Shown piece by piece: positions 1 through 11,599 of a stretch of DNA of 60,034 nucleotides. A model generated the notes under the pieces. The model had not been told where the DNA came from, did no database searches, and saw nothing but the letters and a program-made list of their open reading frames with translations. Source of the DNA: Nitrospinaceae bacterium (lineage in GTDB: Bacteria; Nitrospinota; Nitrospinia; Nitrospinales; VA-1). Numbering within the stretch: position 1 is the stretch's first letter; the number at the start of each line of letters is the position of its first letter. The stretch spans positions 1 through 60,034 of the forward strand of contig JAJDBG010000043.1 in assembly GCA_029261475.1 (NCBI GenBank), in the 5' to 3' direction. Both the position numbers and the translations under genes were made by a program.

Positions 1-1
1 G

Positions 2-214
2 GCTGGAGTTGGCACAGCGGTCGGTGCTGGAGTGGGTGCTGTTGTCGGTGCTGTTATCGGTTCGCTATCGGGTAATGCCGGTGGGGGCGCGGCTACGGGT
101 GCGGCGGTGGGTGGAGCCGGTGGTGGTGTTTCAAGTGGTGCTGGGGCTGAGTCAATTTACAAGGATGCCTTCAAAAAATGCATGAGAAACCGGGGGCATA
201 AGTTACTCAATTGA
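2..214 (+). CDS. Glycine-zipper (YMGG-like) protein, 5'-partial
   Basis: Frame is open from the window edge: AGVGTAVGAGVGAVVGAVIG...GAATGAAVGGAGGG, then YKDAFKKCMRNRGHKLL, the typical glycine-zipper lipoprotein C-terminus. Confidence 0.75.
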   Translation, partial: AGVGTAVGAGVGAVVGAVIGSLSGNAGGGAATGAAVGGAGGGVSSGAGAESIYKDAFKKCMRNRGHKLLN

Positions 215-243
215 GCTAATAAACTCGGCTATGGATGGAATTT

Positions 244-385
244 TGCAGTCGGATCACTCCTTATCTAAGACGGTACCTGCTCATACAAGAGAGCCTGCAA
301 AAGGCATTGATCATTGCCCCTAAGCGATTGTTGGGTTCTCTATATTCCTGCCTGCTTGACGGTGACATACCGGATAACGGTTGCA
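244..385 (+). ncRNA. Candidate rod-like structured RNA (6S-like architecture)
   Basis: Nested pairings 244-251/378-385, 261-265/373-377, 271-275/368-372, an asymmetric bubble, then 289-300/328-340 and 303-306/315-318. G-U pairs favour the + strand. Confidence 0.3.
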
Positions 386-409
386 TCTTTTGCCGCTGCT
401 ATATATAAT
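381..409 (+). promoter_or_regulatory. sigma70-type promoter upstream of cysE
   Basis: TTGCAT-17 bp-TATAAT. Confidence 0.6.
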
Positions 410-500
410 TTTTAATGGACGTTTTTGTTTTTTATATATTTACGTTTGTTCCAATATGAATTGGAATTACTCCAAGCTTGTTTCCGACACGGCATTTTAA

Positions 501-1172
501 ATGATTAAGCAAATAAAGGAAGACATAGCGGTTGCTATGGAAAAGGACCCTGCCGCTCGTAATGTGGTTGAGGTGTTGATCCTTTATCCGGGCGTACATG
601 CTTTGGTGGCTTACCGATTGGCACATGGATTGTGGAACCTTGGGTTTAAATTCGTGAGCCGCATGATCTCGTATTTTGCACGTTGGCTGACAGGTATTGA
701 AATTCATCCTGCCGCTGAAATTGGGAAACGGTTTTTTATCGACCATGGCATGGGAGTGGTGATTGGCGAAACATCGGTCGTGGGAGATAACGTATTTATC
801 TACCAAGGGGTAACTTTAGGTGGACTCAGTACAAAAAAAGGCAAGAGACATCCTACGATTGGAAATAATGTGGTCTTGGGTGCAGGTGCGCAGGTATTAG
901 GCCCCGTTCGCATTGGTGATAATTCCAAGGTGGGGTCTGGTTCCGTTGTCTTGCAAAATGTTCCCGAGTATTCCACTGTGATTGGTGTTCCCGGTCGAGT
1001 GGTATTTTCAGGTGCGGATAATATGACTGGTGAGGATGGCGAAGAGAGATTTCCCGATCCGGTTGCCCGTGTGATTGAGTGTATGCTGGAACGACTTCCT
1101 CAAATGGAGCGCGACATCCGTCAATTGAAAGAGGCCCTTCGGGTTGCTTCCGATTCTTCTGCTGAAAAATAG
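501..1172 (+). CDS. cysE: Serine O-acetyltransferase
   Basis: DPAAR, YPGVHAL, TGIEIHPAAEIG, FIDHGMGVVIGET, KRHPTIG hexapeptide repeats. Confidence 0.95.
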   Translation: MIKQIKEDIAVAMEKDPAARNVVEVLILYPGVHALVAYRLAHGLWNLGFKFVSRMISYFARWLTGIEIHPAAEIGKRFFIDHGMGVVIGETSVVGDNVFIYQGVTLGGLSTKKGKRHPTIGNNVVLGAGAQVLGPVRIGDNSKVGSGSVVLQNVPEYSTVIGVPGRVVFSGADNMTGEDGEERFPDPVARVIECMLERLPQMERDIRQLKEALRVASDSSAEK

Positions 1173-1259
1173 TAATTTCCCCCTGCATTCTCAAGGCCAG
1201 CTTGGTCTTCTGCTCGTAACCACTTAAATTAAAATAAATCAGTTTGAGGCTAGTAGTTT

Positions 1260-2402
1260 GTGCATTATTTAGATTATAACGCGACGACACCTTTGGCGGA
1301 GGAGGCTCTCGCTTCCATGCTAAAGGTTTTGCAGGATGATTTTGGCAATCCATCCAGCATTCATAGTGAAGGACGCAAAGCACGTGAGCATATAGATGTT
1401 GCTCGCATTGATGTTGCGAAATTGCTTGGTGCCAGACCGGGTGAGATCACTTTTACCAGTGGTGGGACGGAAGCCAATAATTTCGCCTTGCTCGGTGCCG
1501 CCATGCCGGCAGGGGCAAGGGGAGGGCGTATCATTTCGACGCAAGTCGAGCACGCCTCTATTCTCAATCCACTCAAGCAATTGGAGAATGATTATGAAAT
1601 CATCCTCTTGCCAGTGGACAACAACGGCCGAGTCGACCCTGCTGATGTTGAAAATGCAATTGACGATAAAACACTCCTTATTTCTGTGCAGTGGGCAAAT
1701 AGTGAGACAGGCGTTTTGCAGGATATCCAGGAGATTGGAAATCTGGCGCGTAAGGCAGGAATTTTATTTCACAGCGACATGGTTCAGGTTGCAGGGAAAA
1801 TGGCAATAGACCTGGATTCCCTGCCTGTGGATTTGGCCTCATTTTCGGCCCACAAATTGTATGGGCCAAAGGGAGTGGGGGCTTTGTATATCAAGCGAGG
1901 CTTGCGTCCGCTGTTCTCACCAGTGTGCGGTGGTGGGCAGGAAAAGAAAAGGCGTGGTGGAACTGAGAATGTTGCGGGAATTTCTGGTTTTGGAAAAGCT
2001 TGTGAATTGGCAAGGAAACGGCTTCAGGGTGAGGGTGCTCAAAATTTGAAGGAATTGGGAGAGTTTTTTTTATCGAAGGTGAGAGAAGAGATTTCAGACA
2101 TTCAGTTATTTGGTGATATTGAGGAAAAATTACCCAACACCTTTAACTTTGGATTTGCTGGGACTGAAAGCGATACTTTGCTCATAGGGCTGGATATAGC
2201 AGGTATCGCAGTGTCGGCAGGTTCGGCTTGTAGCTCTGGCTCGGGCCTACCTTCTCCAACCCTAATGGCAATGGGGATTTCAGAGGAAGTGGTCAATTCC
2301 TCATTGAGATTCAGTCTGGGATGGCAAACGACAGAGGAAGAATTGACCTATGTGGTAGAGAATTTAGCGAAACTGGTCAGGGTAAACCGTAAAAAACATT
2401 GA
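1260..2402 (+). CDS. iscS: Cysteine desulfurase (IscS/NifS family)
   Basis: YLDYNATTP, GNPSSIH, FTSGGTEANN, SAHKLYGPKG (PLP lysine), SAGSACSS catalytic Cys. Confidence 0.9.
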   Translation: MHYLDYNATTPLAEEALASMLKVLQDDFGNPSSIHSEGRKAREHIDVARIDVAKLLGARPGEITFTSGGTEANNFALLGAAMPAGARGGRIISTQVEHASILNPLKQLENDYEIILLPVDNNGRVDPADVENAIDDKTLLISVQWANSETGVLQDIQEIGNLARKAGILFHSDMVQVAGKMAIDLDSLPVDLASFSAHKLYGPKGVGALYIKRGLRPLFSPVCGGGQEKKRRGGTENVAGISGFGKACELARKRLQGEGAQNLKELGEFFLSKVREEISDIQLFGDIEEKLPNTFNFGFAGTESDTLLIGLDIAGIAVSAGSACSSGSGLPSPTLMAMGISEEVVNSSLRFSLGWQTTEEELTYVVENLAKLVRVNRKKH

Positions 2403-2569
2403 TTTTTTATGCAAAAGTGCATGATAGACCTAATGTCATTGCCTCAAAATTCGATACTAAACATAAGACTTACAAGCATATACATTTTTCTAAAGTTTAA
2501 AAAGCGAGACGTTTGTGAATTCAGGTGACCGGATTATCGTTATTTATTTGACGCTTTGGAGAAAATATG

Positions 2570-2598
2570 TTGACACTTCTTTCGTAGATTACTATAAT
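2570..2598 (+). promoter_or_regulatory. Perfect-consensus sigma70 promoter
   Basis: TTGACA-17 bp-TATAAT upstream of the 2752-8715 gene run. Confidence 0.75.
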
Positions 2599-2751
2599 CT
2601 ATTGAAAATTAAGGGTATATGGAGTAATAGAAATATTTAAACTCTCAGTATTTATTCGTAAAATCAGGTGAAAGGGAAGCTTGCCTTCGGGTATATCCTG
2701 TATTTGTCAGATAAAGCCCTAAAACCCGCCATTAAGGAGATTCTACCGCTC

Positions 2752-3720
2752 ATGCTGTCGTCAAACAAATTATCCCACCTATTTTTGGTTCTTCTGCTAT
2801 CCGCTTCTGTTGTTATGCAAGGTTGTAGTTATATTCCATGGATTGGAGAAGATGAGGAAGACATTGCCTTTGAAGACGATTTTGGCGATGAGGATGGTGA
2901 TTTTGGAATAGAAGGAGATGGCGGTGGTGGCGGTGGCAGTGACGAAGGAGACTTTTTTGCGGAAGAAGATGGGGAATTCTTGAATGTTGATGAGGAATTT
3001 TCCAACCCTGCGCAAAGCACAGCCAAGAACGAATTGAAGGGAGATGTCGAGAATTTACAGTCGCAACAAGGTGCGTTAGCTGGTAAGGTCCGACAAATGG
3101 AAGAGATGCTTAAGACCTTGGAGCCTAAAATAAGTGCGACTGAGCAGAGACTACAGGGAAGCCTTGCTGCGGCGCGCGGCAAGACCGAATTTTTGGAACC
3201 AGAGGTTGAACAGTTAAAGAAGCAAGTCGCCGCTTTAAATGCCGAAATCGCTCGATTGAAAGATATAGAAGCCAAAGCCGCGGCGGCGGCAGTGGCCAAG
3301 AAGGAAGAGGTCAAGAAAAAAAGGACAGTACGAAGAAGAAGGGCAACCCCGATTCCACCTGAGTACTCTAGAGCTCTTGCAGCTTACAGAGCCAAAAATT
3401 ATGATGAGTCCATCCTTCTTTTCCAATCCCTTTCTGTGAGCAATCCACCCGTAAGCTTGCGAGACAATATAGCTTTCTGGATTGGAAGTAATTATTTGCA
3501 GTTGGAAATGTTTGATGATGCCATCAAGCAATTTGAAATGGTGCTGAACAAATACCCGCGCGGAAATAAAACGCATGACTCGCATTATATGTTGGGTCTG
3601 AGTTATCACAAAATGGGCCAAAGTAGTAAAGCTGTGGAAATTCTTCAGGCCGCTTTAAAGGCAAATCCCAGTGCTGAAGTGCGTGGTAAAATTCAAAAGA
3701 CGCTGAACGAAATTCGCTAA
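2752..3720 (+). CDS. TPR lipoprotein, CpoB/YbgF-like, with acidic low-complexity N-terminus and coiled coil
   Basis: AGGAGA RBS before ATG 2752 (the ORF track starts at 2668); lipobox VMQGC; coiled coil; C-terminal TPRs (DNIAFWIG, YPRGNK, YMLGLSY). Confidence 0.75.
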   Translation: MLSSNKLSHLFLVLLLSASVVMQGCSYIPWIGEDEEDIAFEDDFGDEDGDFGIEGDGGGGGGSDEGDFFAEEDGEFLNVDEEFSNPAQSTAKNELKGDVENLQSQQGALAGKVRQMEEMLKTLEPKISATEQRLQGSLAAARGKTEFLEPEVEQLKKQVAALNAEIARLKDIEAKAAAAAVAKKEEVKKKRTVRRRRATPIPPEYSRALAAYRAKNYDESILLFQSLSVSNPPVSLRDNIAFWIGSNYLQLEMFDDAIKQFEMVLNKYPRGNKTHDSHYMLGLSYHKMGQSSKAVEILQAALKANPSAEVRGKIQKTLNEIR

Positions 3721-3753
3721 GAGTCCTTCCTATCCTTAAATAACTGGTTGCAG

Positions 3754-4890
3754 ATGAAAGTCGCCATCGTTCACGATTGGTTGACAGGCATGCGTGGTGG
3801 AGAGAAGTGCCTGGAGGTCTTTGTACGCCTGTTTCCGCAAGCTGACCTGTATACCCTCCTGCACATTAAAGGGTCTGTTTCACCGGAAATTGAAGATAGA
3901 AAGATAGCTGTTTCCTTTCTGCAGAACTTACCCTTTGTTCAATCAAAATACCGCTATTACCTCCCTTTGATGCCCTTTGCGATCTCTGGCTTTGATCTGC
4001 GCGATTACGACCTCGTTCTCAGTAGCAGTCATTGTGTGGCAAAGGCTGTTCGTGTTTCTCCCAAGGCATTGCATATTTGTTATTGCCACACTCCCATGCG
4101 GTATATCTGGGATCAGTTTGACCAGTACTTTGGTCAACCCGGATCTCCTAAGATGGCTTCCATGGCCATGAAAATAATCGCACCGGCATTGAGACGTTGG
4201 GATGTGAGAATGAACCGGCACGTTGATTTTTTCATTGCCAATTCCGAGCATGTCCAGAAGCGTATCAAAAAATATTATGACCGAGAATCCACCGTTATCT
4301 ATCCTCCCGTAGATACAGAATATTTCAAGCCACAAGGTTTGGTGAAGGGAGATTTTTTCCTCATTCTATCTGCGTTCGCTCCCTATAAGAGAGTAGATTT
4401 AGCGGTTGAAGCCTTTAATAAACTGGGGTATCCTCTTGTGATTATCGGGACGGGGCAGGATGAGGATAGGTTGCGTCGCCTTGCCAAGGAAAATATTCAG
4501 TTTAAAGGCTGGTTGGAACCTGACGAAATACGTTCCTATCTGGAGCGTTGCAGAGCCTTGATTTTTCCTGGCGAAGAAGATTTTGGAATAACTCCTGTTG
4601 AAGCGCAGGCAATGGGGCGGCCCGTTATCGCTTTTGGAAAAGGAGGCGTTCTGGAAACAGTTGTTTCGAGTTTTGGAAGCACAGTTGAAGACTCCTTTAA
4701 TTCGCAGGAACCCGCTACAGGTGTTTTTTTTAACGAACCTACAGCTGAAGCTTTGATGCAGGCAGTGGCGCATTTTGAAACGATAGAATCCTCCTTTGAT
4801 CCTAATTCCATCCGGCAAAAAGCCCAAAACTTTGATACGAAAATTTTTTCCGACCGTATCAAAAAATTTATCGACCAACAACTTTCCTAG
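3754..4890 (+). CDS. Glycosyltransferase family 4 (GT-B)
   Basis: MKVAIVHDWLTGMRGGEK, YCHTPMRY, EDFGITPVEAQA (EX7E). Confidence 0.9.
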   Translation: MKVAIVHDWLTGMRGGEKCLEVFVRLFPQADLYTLLHIKGSVSPEIEDRKIAVSFLQNLPFVQSKYRYYLPLMPFAISGFDLRDYDLVLSSSHCVAKAVRVSPKALHICYCHTPMRYIWDQFDQYFGQPGSPKMASMAMKIIAPALRRWDVRMNRHVDFFIANSEHVQKRIKKYYDRESTVIYPPVDTEYFKPQGLVKGDFFLILSAFAPYKRVDLAVEAFNKLGYPLVIIGTGQDEDRLRRLAKENIQFKGWLEPDEIRSYLERCRALIFPGEEDFGITPVEAQAMGRPVIAFGKGGVLETVVSSFGSTVEDSFNSQEPATGVFFNEPTAEALMQAVAHFETIESSFDPNSIRQKAQNFDTKIFSDRIKKFIDQQLS

Positions 4891-4899
4891 TCAACGTAA

Positions 4900-6289
4900 A
4901 TGCTGAAGAAACACAGTCAGCTATTTCTTTCCGGCCTGATTGCTGTGGACAGTCTTATTGTCCTGTTTTCCTGGTTTGCGGCTTACTGGCTTCGCATCAA
5001 CCTCACCTGGATTCCTCTCAGGGGGATGCCTTCGTTTGAAGCGTATGCCTGGTCTGCTATTCCTGTTTGGATTGTTTTTATATTCAACGCTAATAATCTT
5101 GGTTTGTATCGTCCGCTTAGAGGAAAAAGTTTTTCCTCCGAATGGGCCGTTATAGTAAAAGTCGTTATTTTTTCGGGACTCATGCTTTCAGCCCTTGCGT
5201 TTTTTTATCGGGGTGACTCATTTTCCAGGGTCATTGCTGCCTACTTTTTGGTTCTGTTGGTCATATTGTTGTCAGCGACCCATTGGGGCATTCGCATTCT
5301 GTTGATTCGTTTTAGAAAGAAAGGCTTTAATTTACGCCATGTCCTGATCTTGGGGGTCGGTGATCTGGCGCAGACACTTTCTGAAAAATTAAAACTCCAT
5401 CCTGAATACGGCTTTAACGTCGTCGGCTTTTTGATGGAGCCACAGGCCACTCCTGTCGAGACTATAGATAAAAAGAAAATTTTAGGGAAGTCCGAGGATG
5501 TTTCCAGAATCATAAAAGAGTTTGGCGTGGATCAGGTTTTCATAGCTTTCCCGCTAAAATCTCAAGGTTCGATAGAAGACGTTCTGGGTTTCTTGACAGA
5601 GGAAACGGTTACTATAAAAGTAGTTCCTGATCTGGTGCAGTTTGTGAGCCTGCAATCCGACATTGAAGAATTGGATGGGCTTCCTATAATCAGTATCAGC
5701 GATAACCCTTTGTACGGCTGGAATCTGGTCATCAAAAGAAGCGTTGATGTGGTTTTTTCTGCATTGGCAATTTTTTTATTGGCTCCATTGATGGCTTTGA
5801 TTGCTCTCGTTGTTAAACTGGAATCTCCGGGGCCAGTATTTTATCGTCAAGAGAGAGAAGGCTTGGACCGCAAGGTTTTTAACATGCTAAAATTCAGATC
5901 AATGAGAACCGATGCAGAGTCAAACTCGGGGCCTGTGTGGGCTAGTAAGGGGGATGACCGGCGAACCCGGATAGGAGCATTTTTAAGAACCACGAGTCTG
6001 GATGAACTCCCTCAATTATATAATGTCCTTAAAGGTGATATGAGCCTCGTGGGTCCGCGCCCAGAGCGACCTGTTTTCATAGACGATTTTAAAAAAACCA
6101 TACCAAAGTACATGTTGCGCATGAAAATGAAAGCAGGTCTCACTGGCTGGGCGCAGGTCAATGGTTGGCGGGGAAATACTTCTCTGGAAAAACGAATTGA
6201 ATTTGATCTGTATTATATCCAGAACTGGTCTCTGGGATTTGATTTCAAAATTCTTTTCATGACCGTATGGAAAGGTTTTGTCAATCCAC

Positions 6290-6300
<11 letters not shown>
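4900..6300 (+). CDS. Undecaprenyl-phosphate sugar phosphotransferase (WcaJ/WbaP family)
   Basis: N-terminal TM helices, CoA-binding-like middle domain, KFRSM, SLDELPQLYNVLKGDMSLVGPRPE, GLTGWAQVNG. Confidence 0.9.
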
Positions 6301-8715
<2,415 letters not shown>

Positions 8716-8735
8716 AGTTCCTTGGATTTACCAAA

Positions 8736-8773
8736 TAAAAAGGGCACCCCCAAGAAGAGGGTGCCCTGAAAAA
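8736..8773 (-). terminator. Intrinsic terminator between convergent pyrG and the 8805-9128 gene
   Basis: AGGGCACCC/GGGTGCCCT stem (8741-8767) preceded by an A-run, i.e. a U-tract on the minus strand. Confidence 0.7.
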
Positions 8774-8804
8774 TCTTTATAGCTAGCGACTTTCTGTCAA
8801 GGAA

Positions 8805-9128
8805 CTATCTCATGCTTCCTTCGGCCTTCTTTTTCATTGGTTGAACTTTCTTCTCCATGTCGGAGCTACCGCTTCCTTCTTCTTTCAGGTGCATGGCCTT
8901 GTCATCGTGTTTTTTGTATTCCTGATATTTTTGTTCAGCCATCCCTTCCGTTTTTTCCTTGTACTTAGAGCCTTCTTCCATATGACCGTCCATTTTTTTC
9001 ATCTGATGGTCAGCCTTTGCTCCATGTCCAGCATCCTCATGAGCGTCATCGTGAGCCCAGCCGTTGCCGGCCACCAAAGCAAATACGATAAAAAATACAG
9101 CCGGTATAGCAGGTAATAATCGTTTCAT
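8805..9128 (-). CDS. Small exported His/Met/Lys-rich low-complexity protein
   Basis: GGAG RBS, signal peptide ending GWA, HDDAHEDAGHG, three xEGS motifs. Confidence 0.75.
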   Translation of the reverse strand: MKRLLPAIPAVFFIVFALVAGNGWAHDDAHEDAGHGAKADHQMKKMDGHMEEGSKYKEKTEGMAEQKYQEYKKHDDKAMHLKEEGSGSSDMEKKVQPMKKKAEGSMR

Positions 9129-9276
9129 TTATGTTCTCCTTCAAATATCAATGATGTGAGGTTTGCCCTTAATTTAATGATAGCAGTGTACTAGGTCGAA
9201 CGAGAATACAATATCTTACAATTATACTTGGAAAAGTTAAGAGGACCGACTCTTTTTTTTAAATAAGATAATCTAG

Positions 9277-9344
9277 AAGGAGGGTGGAGAACCTCAGCTT
9301 TCCCGAAAGGAAAGCCGAGTCTCGTTTTGCAAAGGAAGGAGGTG
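9277..9344 (-). other. Hairpin flanked by two anti-Shine-Dalgarno-like motifs (candidate sRNA or 3'UTR element)
   Basis: Minus strand reads CACCTCCTT ... CTCGGCTTTCC-TTTCG-GGAAAGCTGAG ... CACCCTCCTT. Confidence 0.4.
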
Positions 9345-9358
9345 CTACTCAGTAAAAC

Positions 9359-10324
9359 TCAATGAATGAAACTATTTTGGAAACCGAGGTTAGCTAATTT
9401 GATCTTATCTTTTTTTGCTTTTTGAACGGTCTCGTAACCGTTGACCTGAACAGTGTAAGCGGTTTGTTTGACAGGCATTCTGGGAGTGCTGGCCGTAAAA
9501 CCTTTTTTATCCAAATCACTTTTAAGCTTATCGGCTGAAGATTTGGCGTGGAATTGACCGAGCGAGACAGCAAAGTCGCCTGTTTCCAGTTTTTTCAGAT
9601 TTGGTGTATAACCTTTTTCAGATAGAGATTTCATTCGCTCCAAAGCCAAATTCTCGCTTGGAAAAACTCCCGAAAGAACAACGTATTGTTGGACGGTCGT
9701 TATTTTACTCTTGAGTTCGGATTTGAATCCCTTTTTCTGGAGTTTCTGGGAAAATTTATTGGCATTGTCTTTGATTAAAAAAGCACCGACTTGAATGGAC
9801 CAACTTTTTTCAGCTTTTTTCTTTGAAGCTGGAACCGGCGCGACTGCGGCCACTTTTTTGACAGGATTAGGAACGCGTTTGACTTTTTTAATGACAGCTT
9901 GTTTATTCGTTGTCGTTAGAACGGCTTTGGTTATTTTCCCCGCCGTAGAGCTAGCTTTTGCTGGAGGTTTTAATGCAGACCGTTTCATTTCCGGTTTCAT
10001 TGGGGCAGGTTCCTCTTGAACCGGTGCAATTTTTTTAGGGTCAGTCAGTCCAGAAATCTCAGTTGGAATAGCGGTTTCTTCAACAACCGGCTTACTTGCT
10101 TCGAGAATCGCGGGATCGAGGGCTTGGGGATCATTGCCGCCTTGCACTAAAAAATAAACGACTCCCATAAGCGATAATGCTATGGTTGAAATTCCGACGA
10201 TTTTGGTATTTTTGCTACGAATTTCTTTTTCTGCGTCCAATTCAGCTTCGATCTCGGCATTTTCAGCCAATTCATCGATTTGTTTGCTATATTTGTTGAG
10301 AACTTCAATCGGCGTGTCGGTCAT
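9359..10324 (-). CDS. SPOR-domain membrane protein (FtsN/DedD-like)
   Basis: Single TM helix, Pro/Lys/Ala linker, tandem SPOR repeats (WSIQVGAF..KDNA, YVVLSGVF, VSLGQF, YTVQVNGY). Confidence 0.85.
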   Translation of the reverse strand: MTDTPIEVLNKYSKQIDELAENAEIEAELDAEKEIRSKNTKIVGISTIALSLMGVVYFLVQGGNDPQALDPAILEASKPVVEETAIPTEISGLTDPKKIAPVQEEPAPMKPEMKRSALKPPAKASSTAGKITKAVLTTTNKQAVIKKVKRVPNPVKKVAAVAPVPASKKKAEKSWSIQVGAFLIKDNANKFSQKLQKKGFKSELKSKITTVQQYVVLSGVFPSENLALERMKSLSEKGYTPNLKKLETGDFAVSLGQFHAKSSADKLKSDLDKKGFTASTPRMPVKQTAYTVQVNGYETVQKAKKDKIKLANLGFQNSFIH

Positions 10325-10468
10325 GGGATTGTCTTGATTTGAGTGTTTATTTAAAATAACATCTAATTATAATAAATTAAGCTATGATTAGTATAATTTT
10401 ATAGCAACAAAATGTCAATAACTTTTAATAAATCAATAGTATAGGGTTTTATAGCTGAAAGGTGTGCA

Positions 10469-11380
10469 ATGGAAGTCGATCTTTCCGTCGATTTGGGAGA
10501 ATTGAAATTATCCAGTCCGGTTTTAGCCGCTTCGGGGACTTTTGGATACGGTTTGGAATATTTGCCGTTTGTGGATTTGAATCGCTTGGCCGGGTTTTCG
10601 ACCAAGGGCTTGTCTCTCAAACCACGGATAGGGAATCCCGTGCCCAGAGTGATCGATACCGAGGCGGGAATGCTGAACGCCATTGGTCTCGAAAACGTTG
10701 GCCTCTCTGCATTCCTCGCTGAAAAAATGCCTCTGCTGTCTCGATACAGTTCTAAAATCCTCGTCAATTTTTTCGGCGAGTCGGAAGAGGAATATGAAGA
10801 AATGGCCGCTTCTCTTTCAGAGGTTGAGCGCATCGACGCATTGGAGATGAATATTTCCTGCCCGAACGTTGCCAAAGGAGGGCATCAATTCAGCTCCAGT
10901 CCCGAGCGTGTGGAGTCCGTTGTGAGCAAGGTCCGCAGAGCCACAAAAAAATTCCTCATCGTCAAACTATCGCCCAACGTGCAAGACATCGGCGAAATCG
11001 CCAAGGCCGCAGAATCGGCAGGAGCCGATGCCTTATCCGTCGCCAATACATACGTGGGAATGAAGATAGATGTTCAGTCCGGAGGCAAACCCTATCTTGC
11101 GAACCGTACAGGCGGTCTTTCCGGTTCCGCGATCAAACCCTTGTCGATCTATCTGGTTTACCAGACAGCGCAAGCGGTGAATATCCCTATTTTGGGTATA
11201 GGCGGAATCGCATCCGCGGAAGACGTTTTGGAATACCTTTATGCAGGAGCCTCCGCAGTGCAGATAGGAACCGCAAATTTTCTGGACCCTGCCATCACCA
11301 TGAAAGTTCTAGACGATCTGGAAAAACTCTGCTGGAATTTGGGAATCAAAAAAATCTCCGGCATCCAACCGTCCTTCTGA
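10469..11380 (+). CDS. pyrD: Dihydroorotate dehydrogenase, family 1B catalytic subunit
   Basis: ASGTFGYG, GMLNAIGLEN, EMNISCPNV, VKLSPNV, GGLSGSAIKP, GIGGI. Confidence 0.93.
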   Translation: MEVDLSVDLGELKLSSPVLAASGTFGYGLEYLPFVDLNRLAGFSTKGLSLKPRIGNPVPRVIDTEAGMLNAIGLENVGLSAFLAEKMPLLSRYSSKILVNFFGESEEEYEEMAASLSEVERIDALEMNISCPNVAKGGHQFSSSPERVESVVSKVRRATKKFLIVKLSPNVQDIGEIAKAAESAGADALSVANTYVGMKIDVQSGGKPYLANRTGGLSGSAIKPLSIYLVYQTAQAVNIPILGIGGIASAEDVLEYLYAGASAVQIGTANFLDPAITMKVLDDLEKLCWNLGIKKISGIQPSF

Positions 11381-11395
11381 CTGAAATATTCCTCA

Positions 11396-11599
11396 ATGTT
11401 GAAAAAGATCATTGGCTTTCATCAAGACGAAGAAAATCATTGGGTTGCCGATCTGGAATGCGGGCACGGGCAACACAGGCGTCACAACCCGCCCATGACA
11501 AGACGCGAGTGGGTGTTGAGTCCCGAAGGAAGAAGTAAGTTTATAGGCACGGAATTGAATTGTAAAAAATGCGATGAAGAAATCGCAGACCAGAACTAG
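11396..11599 (+). CDS. DUF3565 family small protein
   Basis: IIGFHQDEENHWVADLECGHGQHRRHNPP...LNCKKCD. Confidence 0.8.
   Translation: MLKKIIGFHQDEENHWVADLECGHGQHRRHNPPMTRREWVLSPEGRSKFIGTELNCKKCDEEIADQN

Noticed and set aside
244-385. SAM-I riboswitch upstream of cysE (TTATC...GATAA ends)
   Set aside because: The core SAM-I motifs (AGAG-GGYGGAGGGA, GCAACC, GGTGC) are not arranged correctly, and the element lies upstream of the apparent cysE promoter
8805-9128. EGKCG-repeat RiPP precursor (DUF692/MNIO-type)
   Set aside because: The xEGS repeats lack Cys, and no DUF692 or other maturase is adjacent
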